DNA from: Thermoproteota archaeon | GTDB lineage: Archaea; Thermoproteota; EX4484-205; JAAOZP01 | Direction of reading: 5' to 3' | Assembly: GCA_049700215.1 (NCBI GenBank) | Contig: JBNAVT010000012.1 | Span: 1-55,486, forward strand | DNA length: 55,486 nucleotides | In this document: piece after piece, positions 37,530 to 47,238 of the stretch | Layout: each line of letters opens with the position of its first letter | Numbering within the stretch: the stretch's first letter is position 1 | The notes under the pieces: generated by a model | The model's input: the letters and a program-made list of their open reading frames with translations, nothing else | Told to the model about the DNA's origin: nothing | Database searches by the model: none | Program-made: the position numbers and the translations under genes

Positions 37530-38531
37530 ATGAGTCCAACCATAAGCCCTCCGGAGCATGTGACATGGCTGCTTACGAATAGGTGCAACCTTAGATGCGA
37601 GCATTGCTACGTTTCCTCCCGCTCCTGGGGTAGTGAGCTCGGCAGAGACCGGGTTTTAAAACTGGTTGAGGAGGCTTGTGAAATGGGTGTTAAAAACCTT
37701 CATTTAACAGGCGGAGAGCCGCTTCTCCGGAGAGATGTTTTCGAAATACTTGCCGCCGCGAAAAACGGGGTAAGCGTCTCGCTTTTCTCAAACCTGTCCG
37801 CTATAAACCGGGATAAGGCTAGGAGGCTAAGCTCGCTGGGGATCCACGTGTTCACCAGCATAGACGGCGCCAATAAGAATACGCATGAGGCTGTGCGCGG
37901 GCCCGGGGCCTGGGACGCGTTGATGCGTAGCATAAGGGTTCTGAGGGAGGAGGGGGTTGGCTTCACACCCATATTCTCCATTTCCCGGCTTAACGCTGGT
38001 GAAGCCGGAGACTTTGTGCGGCTGGCTGAGAGGCTAGGGGCCTATTCTGCTGTGCTGCTTCCAGTAATGCCTTTCGGAAGGGCGGCGGACAAGGGTTGGC
38101 ATGCCGATGCTTACTCCTGCGTCAGGGCTTTACGCCTAGCTGGTGAAGCGGCGGATGAGCTGGGCTTCCGTATTACTCTATGGTGTATACCGTTCGCCAG
38201 CCTAATAGTTAGTTCACACTATGTTTCATGGGACTCCTGCAGGATTGAGAAAAATATGGATATAGGCCCCGGAGGGGAGGTGCTTCTCTGCGATACTCTT
38301 GACGTTGTTGTCTCAGACGTTCGAAGCAAGAGTCTCGCAGAAGCCTGGAGGGAGCTGCGTTCTAGCAGGGTTCTGAGGGAAATCATCGGGAGCAACCCGT
38401 GTCCAGACTGTGCTTTAAGCGAGAAATGTAAAGGAGGATGCTACGCTAGATCGTACAGGCGGTACGGAGTGTTTAACAATCCAGACCCCTTATGCCCTAA
38501 AATCATGGAGGCTTCGATAGCTCGTTCATAG
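37530..38531 (+). CDS. Radical SAM protein with SPASM domain
   Basis: CNLRCEHC, TGGEP, SIDG...H...RG and C-terminal CxxC-x5-C-x3-C...DPLC. Confidence 0.9.
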   Translation: MSPTISPPEHVTWLLTNRCNLRCEHCYVSSRSWGSELGRDRVLKLVEEACEMGVKNLHLTGGEPLLRRDVFEILAAAKNGVSVSLFSNLSAINRDKARRLSSLGIHVFTSIDGANKNTHEAVRGPGAWDALMRSIRVLREEGVGFTPIFSISRLNAGEAGDFVRLAERLGAYSAVLLPVMPFGRAADKGWHADAYSCVRALRLAGEAADELGFRITLWCIPFASLIVSSHYVSWDSCRIEKNMDIGPGGEVLLCDTLDVVVSDVRSKSLAEAWRELRSSRVLREIIGSNPCPDCALSEKCKGGCYARSYRRYGVFNNPDPLCPKIMEASIARS

Positions 38532-38618
38532 TTTTGTAGGCGGCCTTCCTCTCAGATTTCATGTTTTTCAAGCAAACTGGATAAAAGTTTATTTTTCTTC
38601 AGCGAGTCGAGTTAAAGC

Positions 38619-39938
38619 ATGTGCGACACTTTAGTAGCGCTTAAAAACTCGACTAAGAAGGGTGTGACTATTTTCGCTAAGAACAGTGACAGGGAGCCGA
38701 ACGAGCCTCAGGCGCTGGAGTTCTATCCTAGAATGGAGCACGACGAGGAGTTCCTTGACTGCACATACGTCAGGGTTCCCCAGGTGAAGAGAACACACGC
38801 CGTAATAATTTCGAGGCCAATCTGGATGTGGGGTGCTGAAATGGGTGTTAACGAGTTCGGGTTAGCTATAGGAAACGAGGCGGTGTTCACCAAGGAGGAG
38901 AAGCCTGATAAGGGCTTAACCGGGATGGATTTGCTAAGGCTAGCCTTAGAGAGGTGTAGAGACTCGTATGAAGCCCTCATGCTTATAGTTAAATACTTGG
39001 AGGAGTTTGGTCAAGGGGGTAACTGCGGGTTTAAGAGCAAAACGTATTATCACAATTCCTTCATAATATCTGACCCTAGGGAAGCATGGGTCTTGGAGAC
39101 TGCTGGAAAACACTGGGTTGCTGAGAAAGTGAAGAACGTGAGGAGCATCTCTAACGCTTTAACCATTAGAAACAAGTGGGACCTGGCTTCGAAAAACGTT
39201 GTTGAGAACGCTGTTGAGAAAGGCTGGTGCAGGGATGATAGGGATTTCGACTTCTCAAAATGTTATTCAGACTGGTTTTACACGCATTTCGCCCGCGGCA
39301 GGGAGAGGCACGCGTATACGCAGGGCTTCTTAGAGCGGAATATGGGGGAGATAGATGTTTACCTAGTTAAGGACATTATGAGAAGCCACATGCTAGGGGG
39401 AGGCTTCACTCCGGCTAAGGGGTCGATGAGAGACATCTGTATGCACGCCGGGCCTGTCACAAGGCCTTCTCAGACTACAGCCTCCTACATCGGACAGCTC
39501 TTCGAAAAAACGCCGATACACTGGTTTACAGCCACGTCGACACCATGTGTAAGCGTTTACAAACCGGTCTTCATGGAAGCGGGTCTGCCTGATTTTAAAC
39601 TTACTCCTAACAGGCTTTACGACCCGGATTCAATCTGGTGGGTTCATGAAAAATTAAGTAGAAGAATGCTCGGTTGCTTCCAAGAATACTTTTCAAAGAT
39701 ACGTAGCCAGGTGGAATCGTTAGAATCTCGTTTCCATTTGAAGGCTGAGGAATTAAGGCTTAGTTTTTTAAACGGGGAAGCGTCTCCCGAGGAATTAAGG
39801 AGGCTTACGCAAGAGTCTTTCGCGGAATCGCTAGATCTTGAAAAAAGCCTGATAAATGAAGTAAAGCCTAAGCCTTCAAGCCCCCTGTTCCAACTCTACT
39901 GGGGAAAAGTTAACTCTGAAGCCAAGATAATGCTATAA
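38619..39938 (+). CDS. C69 family dipeptidase (secernin-like Ntn hydrolase)
   Basis: Begins MCDT (nucleophile Cys2). FAKNSDREPNE, WGAEMGVNE and GMDLLRLALER. Confidence 0.9.
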   Translation: MCDTLVALKNSTKKGVTIFAKNSDREPNEPQALEFYPRMEHDEEFLDCTYVRVPQVKRTHAVIISRPIWMWGAEMGVNEFGLAIGNEAVFTKEEKPDKGLTGMDLLRLALERCRDSYEALMLIVKYLEEFGQGGNCGFKSKTYYHNSFIISDPREAWVLETAGKHWVAEKVKNVRSISNALTIRNKWDLASKNVVENAVEKGWCRDDRDFDFSKCYSDWFYTHFARGRERHAYTQGFLERNMGEIDVYLVKDIMRSHMLGGGFTPAKGSMRDICMHAGPVTRPSQTTASYIGQLFEKTPIHWFTATSTPCVSVYKPVFMEAGLPDFKLTPNRLYDPDSIWWVHEKLSRRMLGCFQEYFSKIRSQVESLESRFHLKAEELRLSFLNGEASPEELRRLTQESFAESLDLEKSLINEVKPKPSSPLFQLYWGKVNSEAKIML

Positions 39939-39962
39939 TCGTCGCTTCAAAGGTTGCTGAAA

Positions 39963-40637
39963 CTATTCCAGCAGGCGTCCGAAACCCTCCTCGGTTGCAC
40001 TATTATCATAAACCTCCTCGACATTCAAGATGTAACACGGCTTTAAGACTCTTTTTTCACTAGGAGTGTAGTGGAATGCGTCGTGGGCCAAATTAACGAA
40101 TTTAAAATAGTTTCCCCTCGTAAACACGTCGAGCTCGCCTCTAACTTCGAAACTCGTGTTGGGAGGCATATAGTAAAGCATGACTGCTCGTCTATGGCTC
40201 TGAACATTCTCCCACGTGTGTTTCGACGACCCTGCTATTTTCACACCGATTTCAAGAGTCGCTATCTTCGTAAAGTCTACTCTACGATCCGCTTCCTCCT
40301 CATTCTCAAAATACAGGTGTCTGAGCAAAATTTGAAGTCCATTTTTAGCATATTCTCTCGCCGTCATTAAACCTCCAGCTTCCACATGAGTCTCCAATTC
40401 TCTAACCGCATCTTCAAGAAAAACTTGTTTAGGAACAAACCCAGCGCCAACGATCTTCGCGTTCAAATCTATCTTGTTATTCTTAATCCGGGCTGTGCAG
40501 AGAGCAGGGCTGTGCCTGGTCGACTCTATAAGGAACATGGCCCTATCCGTGTTTTCAGCGTCTAGGATTGACTTGATGAAGCGAACCCTGTCAAAGTAAG
40601 CCCACTTAAGAAACTTATCCGGCAGCCTCCTAGCCAT
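39963..40637 (-). CDS. Hypothetical protein, possibly FMN-binding split-barrel (pyridoxamine 5'-phosphate oxidase-like)
   Basis: HTWEN......A.MLYY.PP..SFEVRG and VEEVYDNS pattern. Confidence 0.55.
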   Translation of the reverse strand: MARRLPDKFLKWAYFDRVRFIKSILDAENTDRAMFLIESTRHSPALCTARIKNNKIDLNAKIVGAGFVPKQVFLEDAVRELETHVEAGGLMTAREYAKNGLQILLRHLYFENEEEADRRVDFTKIATLEIGVKIAGSSKHTWENVQSHRRAVMLYYMPPNTSFEVRGELDVFTRGNYFKFVNLAHDAFHYTPSEKRVLKPCYILNVEEVYDNSATEEGFGRLLE

Positions 40638-40776
40638 TTCTGAACCCTCTTAGCCTAAGAAAGGGTTTATAGATTTTTAAGCCAAAGATGATTACGCTTA
40701 AACTTCTCTCTCCCAAAAAATGTTTCGAGAAAAATAGCTTGCTTTTCAGCTCCAGGACGCTGCTTGCCTTATTTAC

Positions 40777-41325
40777 TCAGTCCCACCACTTCTTCTTTAA
40801 GGGCATGCAGATTATCTCTCTTACTTCAAGCCTCTTAGACTTGTCGCTGCTGAAAATCTCCTTCGTCGGGGTTGCTCTCGCCACTACTGCTGTGTCAGCA
40901 CCCTCCCCGCTTCCACCGACGCCTATGACGTCCTCATACGGCTTCACAAGCCCCCTGTCTGCAGCTATCAGAATAACCTCTAAAGCTACTTTAAATCCTT
41001 GCCCGAGAGTGTAGAAGGCATCCCTAACCTTATCCATGCCCCTTCCGTGGAGCGGCAGGTGCGTACCGTCCTCGGCGACTCCGCCCAGACTACTTATCTT
41101 TTCCTTCAGCTTAGGCTCCATCTTCTCATGGGATACGGCTACAACCTGTGTCTTACCCTTTAAAGCCCTGGCAAACCTGACTCCCGTCCTTCCGGAAGTG
41201 CTTGCGACAACAACCTTCGCGACACTCCCTTTCCTTATCCTTTCCGCAACCGCCTTGATCACTTTACCAGTGTTCTCTGGACCTGGTTCAGCAAAATATT
41301 TCACACCTGCACTGCGTTTAGCCAT
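40777..41325 (-). CDS. Pyruvate kinase C-terminal-like alpha/beta domain protein (MTH1675-like)
   Basis: YF..PGPENT, VVVASTSG.TG, GQGFKVA.E...AAD.G, GG...GADTA and VREIICMP. Confidence 0.82.
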   Translation of the reverse strand: MAKRSAGVKYFAEPGPENTGKVIKAVAERIRKGSVAKVVVASTSGRTGVRFARALKGKTQVVAVSHEKMEPKLKEKISSLGGVAEDGTHLPLHGRGMDKVRDAFYTLGQGFKVALEVILIAADRGLVKPYEDVIGVGGSGEGADTAVVARATPTKEIFSSDKSKRLEVREIICMPLKKKWWD

Positions 41326-41402
41326 ATTATTATTGCTTTAAAAGCCTTTTAAAAACTTTGTCGTCAATGCTTATAAGCCTCTTGCTGAACGGCCCGTAGC
41401 AC

Positions 41403-42557
41403 ATGCCAGACAGAAAAGGACTGACTGCGCTGACCATATCCACATGGCTCTTCGGCTTCTCCTTCGGGCTTTACGAAATCCTGTTCCCCCTTTACATGGA
41501 TTATGTTTCCATTCCGCTTATGGAAATCGGGTATGTTTTCACAGCCTCAGCAATATTCATCGCCTTCCTCAGCATCTTTCTCGGGGCTACATCAGATAAG
41601 TACGGTAGGAAAATTTTCATCGCATTGGCTCTACTGCTCGGAGGGTTCTCCCACTTTCTGACACCCTACTTCAAATCGGTGATTATAATGGGTATTGCCA
41701 AGATTCTCTTCGACTCCGCGGTTGCGATTAGGAACGCTGTTTTCGCAACCATGGTTTACGAGCAGGATCGCAGGGGGTTCATCGCCTCCTACTCTAAAGT
41801 ATCAGGGCTCGAGTTCATCTCTCAAGCGTTGGGCCTCGCGTCCTCCGGGCTTTTCATAAGCATCTATGGTTACTGGCTTCCCTTCGTTTTTTCAGGGCTT
41901 CTTCAAGTAATAGGCTTCCTAGTGGTCGCTCTCTTCTTCAGCGAACAGGATTCTACAGGAGTACGGCATGTTGAGAAGCCCTTTGAGGAAAAGGGTGGAG
42001 GCAAGGGTTTAAACAGGGGGCTTATTATTCTGGCTGCCTCAGGGCTTGTTGTGACGATTGGAGGATCAGCTACACACTGCTTCATCACACCCATGTTCTT
42101 TTCAAAGAAATTCTCACTTTCTCCAGAGACACTTTCAATCCTGATGACTGTTCACAGGCTTAGTCTAGGAATACCCATGTTGTTCAGCAGCAGGATTGTC
42201 ACGGGCTTGAAAAAGTTTTCTTACAAATCCTCCCTGATCCTTTTCACGTGCATACAGGGGTTTTTCACAGCCTTGGCCACCGTGCCGGGTGATTTCACCA
42301 TGTCCGCAGCACTATGGCTTCTACACGATCCTCTCGGGGCTTCAGTATGGCTCCCCCTCAGAAGCTACCTTATTCAAAAACACTGTAGTGATGAAACCAG
42401 GGCGAGGGACTTCAATGTGGTCAACTTTGTAAGCTCCCTGGGGAACATTATCGGCCCCCTCTTGGCTGGATACTCCGGCTCCATGAGTATAAATCTGCCT
42501 TTTTTAATCGGCGGGCTCGTTATAATCCTGTCAAGCCTCCTGCTAATACCATTGTAA
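41403..42557 (+). CDS. MFS transporter
   Basis: About 12 TM helices with motif A (GATSDKYGRK). Confidence 0.88.
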   Translation: MPDRKGLTALTISTWLFGFSFGLYEILFPLYMDYVSIPLMEIGYVFTASAIFIAFLSIFLGATSDKYGRKIFIALALLLGGFSHFLTPYFKSVIIMGIAKILFDSAVAIRNAVFATMVYEQDRRGFIASYSKVSGLEFISQALGLASSGLFISIYGYWLPFVFSGLLQVIGFLVVALFFSEQDSTGVRHVEKPFEEKGGGKGLNRGLIILAASGLVVTIGGSATHCFITPMFFSKKFSLSPETLSILMTVHRLSLGIPMLFSSRIVTGLKKFSYKSSLILFTCIQGFFTALATVPGDFTMSAALWLLHDPLGASVWLPLRSYLIQKHCSDETRARDFNVVNFVSSLGNIIGPLLAGYSGSMSINLPFLIGGLVIILSSLLLIPL

Positions 42558-42618
42558 GCCCCTGGTTTAATTTCAACGTTCTTTAAAACTTAAATCCCTC
42601 CAGTGGAAAAATCCTGCC

Positions 42619-43194
42619 GTGAGCCTGTTTAAGAAACTCAGGGATAAGGTTACCCCGCCCAGGGTAAACATATCTTTGTTTCTGAAGAAACAGATCTTCT
42701 ATCTTGGTGACAACGTGGAGGGTGCAGTACAGGTTGAGTCTCAGGAAGAGTTTGACTGCGCTGAGATAAGGTGCGAGCTTGAGTGTGTCGAGCGGGTACG
42801 TAAAACCAGGAGGGTTTATGACGCTTCTCTTAAAAGGGAGGTTGAGCAACAAGTCTGGGATTCTGCAGTCATATTTTCAGCTAGACCACAGTTGGCTGGG
42901 GCTCTGCACGTTCCCGAGGGATTTGTCCAAAGCTACCAGTTTAAAATCCTAATCCCTCCTGGAGCCCAGCCTTCTTTCAAGAGCCTAGATAGGGTTGTGG
43001 CCTGGAATCTGAAGGGGGTTGCTGCTGTAGAAGGGCGGCCTGATGCGACGAGTAAAACCATCGAAATACAGGTTTCCCCGCCTTCACTGGTTCAGCACGC
43101 AATATCCACTGTTTCATGCAAGTATTGTGGAACTGTTTTCCCGCAGGGTGAGACCAGGTGCCCTAACTGCGGTGCGCCTCGAACAGCCCAGTAG
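42619..43194 (+). CDS. Arrestin-N/Spo0M-like beta-sandwich protein with C-terminal zinc ribbon
   Basis: L.K..FYLGD.VEG.V.V, F.I.IP....PSF.....V.W.LKG arrestin-fold pattern, then CKYC...CPNC. Confidence 0.65.
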   Translation: MSLFKKLRDKVTPPRVNISLFLKKQIFYLGDNVEGAVQVESQEEFDCAEIRCELECVERVRKTRRVYDASLKREVEQQVWDSAVIFSARPQLAGALHVPEGFVQSYQFKILIPPGAQPSFKSLDRVVAWNLKGVAAVEGRPDATSKTIEIQVSPPSLVQHAISTVSCKYCGTVFPQGETRCPNCGAPRTAQ

Positions 43195-43627
43195 ACCTGT
43201 TTAAACGCTTCTCAGCCTGCTCGACAAGCTTCTCGAAATATTCCTCGTCGAGGTAAGCGCCTTCCCCAAGCCCTGGGCAGAAAGGGTCGGCGTGAAACAC
43301 GTATGTCTCCCTAACCTTCTGCATTACGAAAGGGTAGAACCTGCACACCAGGGGTCTAACCGGGTAAATACTGCACTTGTTATCCGGCTCAAGGAAGAAG
43401 CATCTCCCGTTGACAAGCCTAATAGCGTATGGGTAGGCTTCACTACTGTTTTCCTCCGCAAACTCGCTCAAACCTATTCCGGTAGTGCTCGAGATTTCTA
43501 AGGCGTCAGTCTTGGTTAGGACTATCCGTCTACCATGCCTAACATCCTCGACGCAGCATTTCCCGCACACCCTGCATTCAAACATGGTTCTCGGGAAAAC
43601 CATTTTACGCTTCCTTTTCCGCCTCAT
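43163..43627 (-). CDS. YkgJ/CxxCxxCC family cysteine-cluster protein
   Basis: FECRVCGKCC, C.FL....C.IY..RP.VCR.YPF and CPG.G. Confidence 0.85.
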   Translation of the reverse strand: MRRKRKRKMVFPRTMFECRVCGKCCVEDVRHGRRIVLTKTDALEISSTTGIGLSEFAEENSSEAYPYAIRLVNGRCFFLEPDNKCSIYPVRPLVCRFYPFVMQKVRETYVFHADPFCPGLGEGAYLDEEYFEKLVEQAEKRLNRSTGLFEAHRS

Positions 43628-43801
43628 CTCTAACCGTTTGCCTTCCTCGTGTAAAAAATGTCTCGCCTCGTAGGATTTAACTTTATCTAAACCTCTGGAT
43701 GCCCAGGGGGGATGGTGCTTGCTGCGGCTGGCCGTCAGGCAATCTTTAAAAACTACCTTAGGCCATTTTTAATAAGGTGATACCGGCTGAACGAGTTCCA
43801 A

Positions 43802-44311
43802 TTGCTCGCGCTTGTCTTCGCCGATACTCCTAAGGGGGTTACGGAGAAAATGGTTAAGAAGGCTGGCAGGCTTACTGAAAAAGAGTTTAAAGAACTAGTT
43901 AAAAAAGGCTTTCTAGAAGCGGTTGAAGGAAGGCCTAGAACCATTAAAAAGTATAGGACTTCTGAGTCGGGAAGGGCCTACTGCGTTGAAAACGTTTGGG
44001 GCTTCCCGGTTTTAAAGTACGCCAGGCTCAAGGAGGCTGAACAGCTGTCGCCTGAACGGTTCCTCGAGACTTTAAGGTTGAAGTACGGCGAGCTGGTGAG
44101 AACCAGTCCAATAGCCCCATACGTGAAAATATCTGATCTCAGGCTTAAAGTATCTGAGGAGTTAAATATAAGCGGCGATGAATTCGACAGGAGGATAATA
44201 GAGTTAAACAGTAATGATCCATACGCTGTTCAACTTCACGCAGGAAGCGGGGAGCCGGGTAATGGGTTGAAGACGGCTAGGGGTGTTTACCATTATGCAA
44301 TCGTCAAATAG
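43802..44311 (+). CDS. Hypothetical protein with probable winged-helix domains
   Basis: ELVKKGFLE..EGRP.....Y wing pattern and C-terminal YVKISDLR.....IS..EFD..I.EL. May start at CTG 43787. Confidence 0.6.
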   Translation: MLALVFADTPKGVTEKMVKKAGRLTEKEFKELVKKGFLEAVEGRPRTIKKYRTSESGRAYCVENVWGFPVLKYARLKEAEQLSPERFLETLRLKYGELVRTSPIAPYVKISDLRLKVSEELNISGDEFDRRIIELNSNDPYAVQLHAGSGEPGNGLKTARGVYHYAIVK

Positions 44312-46121
44312 GTATTCCCGTCTGATGCTTGAAGCCAACCCGTTCCCCCTGACCCCTGTCCCGAGCAGAATATGGATACTCGGCGGGGAGTCCAGAATAA
44401 GCGCGTTGAAAAGGATTAGGGAGGAGATAGACTACTCGTTCAGGCTTGAGGAGCCCAAGATCGACATGCTTATAGGGGATGCTGGAAGCGGGAAGACACA
44501 CCTCGCCCTACACCTTCAATACCTTCTAAGCCAGGAGAAACCGAGCCAGCCCTTCTCATACATGCCTACTATTCAAGACTCTGTTTACAAGCCCTCCCTC
44601 GTCTTCTTCACCTTCAAGGTTGTGGAGACGCTGGGCAGCAAAGAGTTTCTCATGGAGCTTTCCCTGAGGCTACACCAGGCGCTGATCTCCAAGATGGGTT
44701 ACGAACTGTTTCAGAAAGCCGTTAGCGTCGGGCTGATTTCAACAGTCCTAGGTAAGAAGGCTGAGAAGGCTAGGGAGGCCTTCAACACGATTTCAAACGA
44801 TTTCAGGGTTGTTAGGAAGCTTGTTGAAGAGGGGATGATTGAGATAACAGGGCTCGTAAGGCTCGAGCTTGAAGAGCTTGGTAAAATGTTTGAAACAAGG
44901 TTTGAGCCCTCGAAAACAAGGAGGTTCATAGATCTCAACCTGGCTAAATGGATACTGTGGCTTCCAAGCCCGTATTACGGGAGCTGGGGTGTTAAGCATT
45001 CGAACGACTACCTCAGGGAGTCCGACGAGAACGCTTTAAAATTCTTAACGACGCTGGTGAATCTCTCGAAGCTAGTCAGCAACTCGCCTTTCGTAATCGT
45101 TGTTGACGAGGTTGAGACGCTCGTGCAGGATAATATTGACGTTTTCTTCCATACTTTAAAAAGGATTGTGGACAATGGTCCAGGCGGTCTATTCATACTT
45201 CTGCTTTTAACACCAGTAATGTTTGAAGAGTTGAAGGGGCAAAGGTTCAGGGTGGCGCCTGCGATAGTCAGCAGGGTTTCCTCAACCCCGATAAGCCTTG
45301 AGAAGATAAGCGTGGAGGAGGCTAAGGACATAATCGACAGGTATGTGAAGGCCCTCTATCTCGACAGGGGCGGTGGCTCTTATTCGAACATGTTTCCCAT
45401 GAACAGCGTTAAACTCCTCTGGGCGAACTCAGGCGGGGAAATCAGGAGGCTTCTGTCAGAGTGTTTCGCCTGCATCGAGATACTTGCTGAAAGGCTTGAG
45501 AGAGGCATTACCCAACCCGATTACGTGGATACTGTGATAGCGATGGAGGCTGTTATGAAAATGGGTCTGCCCGTCGCCAGGCTTGCAACCCCGGTTACGC
45601 CGGACAGCGATGTTAAAAGCCAGATAATTACAAGGTTCTACAACATTGAGAAATCCTCTGAGAGGGCAATCGTACTTGAAAAAGCTGTTTCAAGCCTTAT
45701 TGAAACAGGCCTCGGGAAAGAGAGCCTCATAGGCAGGAGGAGAATAAACGTCTCCCTAACCAGGAAGAGGGAGATAGACCTGCTTTTCACGGACAACACT
45801 AGAGGGGGGGCGCAGGTCGGGGTTATTATTAAAGCGCCGAAGCCTTCCGAAGGGCTTAGAAGAAGCAGTATCGAGCCCCTTATAGACTTTGCAAGGAGCA
45901 GGAAGCTCGACAGGGTTATTCTACTTACCACGTGCCCAGTCGACCCAGAGCTTCAGAAAGCCCTCGAGTCCCTCGGGAATATTAAGATACGTGTTTTAAG
46001 CGATGAAGAAGTCTCAACACTGCTATATGTTTCACAAGCCTTCAGAAGCCTTTCTAGGCCGGAAAGCCCAACCAGAGACGTCTCTCTCGAGCTCCTGAAA
46101 AAGTTAAGCCTTATAGGCTAG
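44295..46121 (+). CDS. P-loop AAA+/STAND-like ATPase with C-terminal degenerate PD-(D/E)xK domain
   Basis: N-terminal NPF, Walker A GDAGSGKT, Walker B IVVDEVE, lid S.G.IR.LL and C-terminal REIDLL...GVIIK...RVILLT. The ORF starts at 44283; ATG 44295 is likely. Confidence 0.75.
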   Translation: MQSSNRYSRLMLEANPFPLTPVPSRIWILGGESRISALKRIREEIDYSFRLEEPKIDMLIGDAGSGKTHLALHLQYLLSQEKPSQPFSYMPTIQDSVYKPSLVFFTFKVVETLGSKEFLMELSLRLHQALISKMGYELFQKAVSVGLISTVLGKKAEKAREAFNTISNDFRVVRKLVEEGMIEITGLVRLELEELGKMFETRFEPSKTRRFIDLNLAKWILWLPSPYYGSWGVKHSNDYLRESDENALKFLTTLVNLSKLVSNSPFVIVVDEVETLVQDNIDVFFHTLKRIVDNGPGGLFILLLLTPVMFEELKGQRFRVAPAIVSRVSSTPISLEKISVEEAKDIIDRYVKALYLDRGGGSYSNMFPMNSVKLLWANSGGEIRRLLSECFACIEILAERLERGITQPDYVDTVIAMEAVMKMGLPVARLATPVTPDSDVKSQIITRFYNIEKSSERAIVLEKAVSSLIETGLGKESLIGRRRINVSLTRKREIDLLFTDNTRGGAQVGVIIKAPKPSEGLRRSSIEPLIDFARSRKLDRVILLTTCPVDPELQKALESLGNIKIRVLSDEEVSTLLYVSQAFRSLSRPESPTRDVSLELLKKLSLIG

Positions 46122-46139
46122 TATCCTTAAAGCCCTGCC

Positions 46140-47168
46140 GTGAGGTTTCTAATAATCTTTCCATGCGGCCTCGAGGACATTGTTAAGTCTGAGCTGGAGG
46201 AGAAGATCGGTTTTAAAAGCGTCGTCGAGGAGAATCCTCAGGGTGTTCCCGGAAGGATAGTTATAGACATACCTGCCTCCGCGTCTTCAAGGCTGCTGTC
46301 GCTCAGGAGCGTAGACTGGTTCATAGAGTATGTCGGGGCTTTTAAAGTGGACGCGGGTCTAAGGGGCCTCGAGGATATATATGACGAGGTTATGAGAATC
46401 GAGTTTCCCAGCGGTTTTCGCGAAGCCTCCTCGTTCAGAGTGACTTGCAGGAGGCATGGCGAGCACGAGTTTACAAGCATGGATGTTCAGAGGAAGGCTG
46501 GCCAAGCACTAGTGGACAAGTACGGCTTGAAAGTGGATCTTGAGAATTTTCAGGCTAATGTTTTCCTGGATATTGTTGGAGACACATGCTTCATAGGCCT
46601 TTTCAGAAACGAGTATGCCTCGGGCAGGTACATCGTCTTCACCCATCCGGCTGCACTCAGGCCCTCGGTTGCTTACGGGATGGTTAGAATCGCCAGCCCA
46701 ACGCCGGGGACGGTTCTTCTCGACCCAATGTGCGGCGGCGGAATCATACCCATCGAGGCTGCTCTCTCAACCAGTGGCGTTAAGATATACGGATTCGATG
46801 TTTCAGAATATTTTCTGGAGGGCGCTGCCCTGAACGCTGAAGCCATGGGTGCTTCTGAAAAAATAGTCTTCATGAGGGTTGATTGCAGGAGGCTTTCTAA
46901 AGCTTTAAGGTTTAAGGTCGACAGGATAGTTACAGACCCTCCCTACGGCACTAAGCCGGTGGCAAGGATCAACCCATATGCTTTATACAGCAGGTGCCTG
47001 CCGGAGATGAGGAATGTTCTTAGCGACGATGGGAAGATCGTGCTCATAACTCTCAAGCCTGGCTACGTGAGAGAATTATCTTCGGAAATAGGTTTGAGCC
47101 TTGAGCATGAGAGGGCCATCAGGCATGGAGACGCTCGCCCGAGAATAATGGTTTTAAAGCCTTCTTAA
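46140..47168 (+). CDS. trm14: THUMP-domain tRNA (guanine-N2)-methyltransferase
   Basis: GLEDI...E, SFRV...R.G.H.FTS.D THUMP, HPAAL, LDPMCGGG.IPIEAA and TDPPYG. Confidence 0.8.
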   Translation: MRFLIIFPCGLEDIVKSELEEKIGFKSVVEENPQGVPGRIVIDIPASASSRLLSLRSVDWFIEYVGAFKVDAGLRGLEDIYDEVMRIEFPSGFREASSFRVTCRRHGEHEFTSMDVQRKAGQALVDKYGLKVDLENFQANVFLDIVGDTCFIGLFRNEYASGRYIVFTHPAALRPSVAYGMVRIASPTPGTVLLDPMCGGGIIPIEAALSTSGVKIYGFDVSEYFLEGAALNAEAMGASEKIVFMRVDCRRLSKALRFKVDRIVTDPPYGTKPVARINPYALYSRCLPEMRNVLSDDGKIVLITLKPGYVRELSSEIGLSLEHERAIRHGDARPRIMVLKPS

Positions 47169-47238
47169 CGGGAACAGGGCTTCCGCTTCCAAGGTTTTTA
47201 AACCTGCTAATACTTATAAAACAGTATGAATAATCTCA

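Noticed and set aside
37251-38531. RiPP cluster around the radical SAM/SPASM gene
   Set aside because: No credible precursor peptide or RRE/PqqD domain. The 63-aa ORF overlaps the TauE start and promoter DNA.
43163-43194. 32-bp convergent 3' overlap of two genes
   Set aside because: Common in compact archaeal genomes and no special signal seen.
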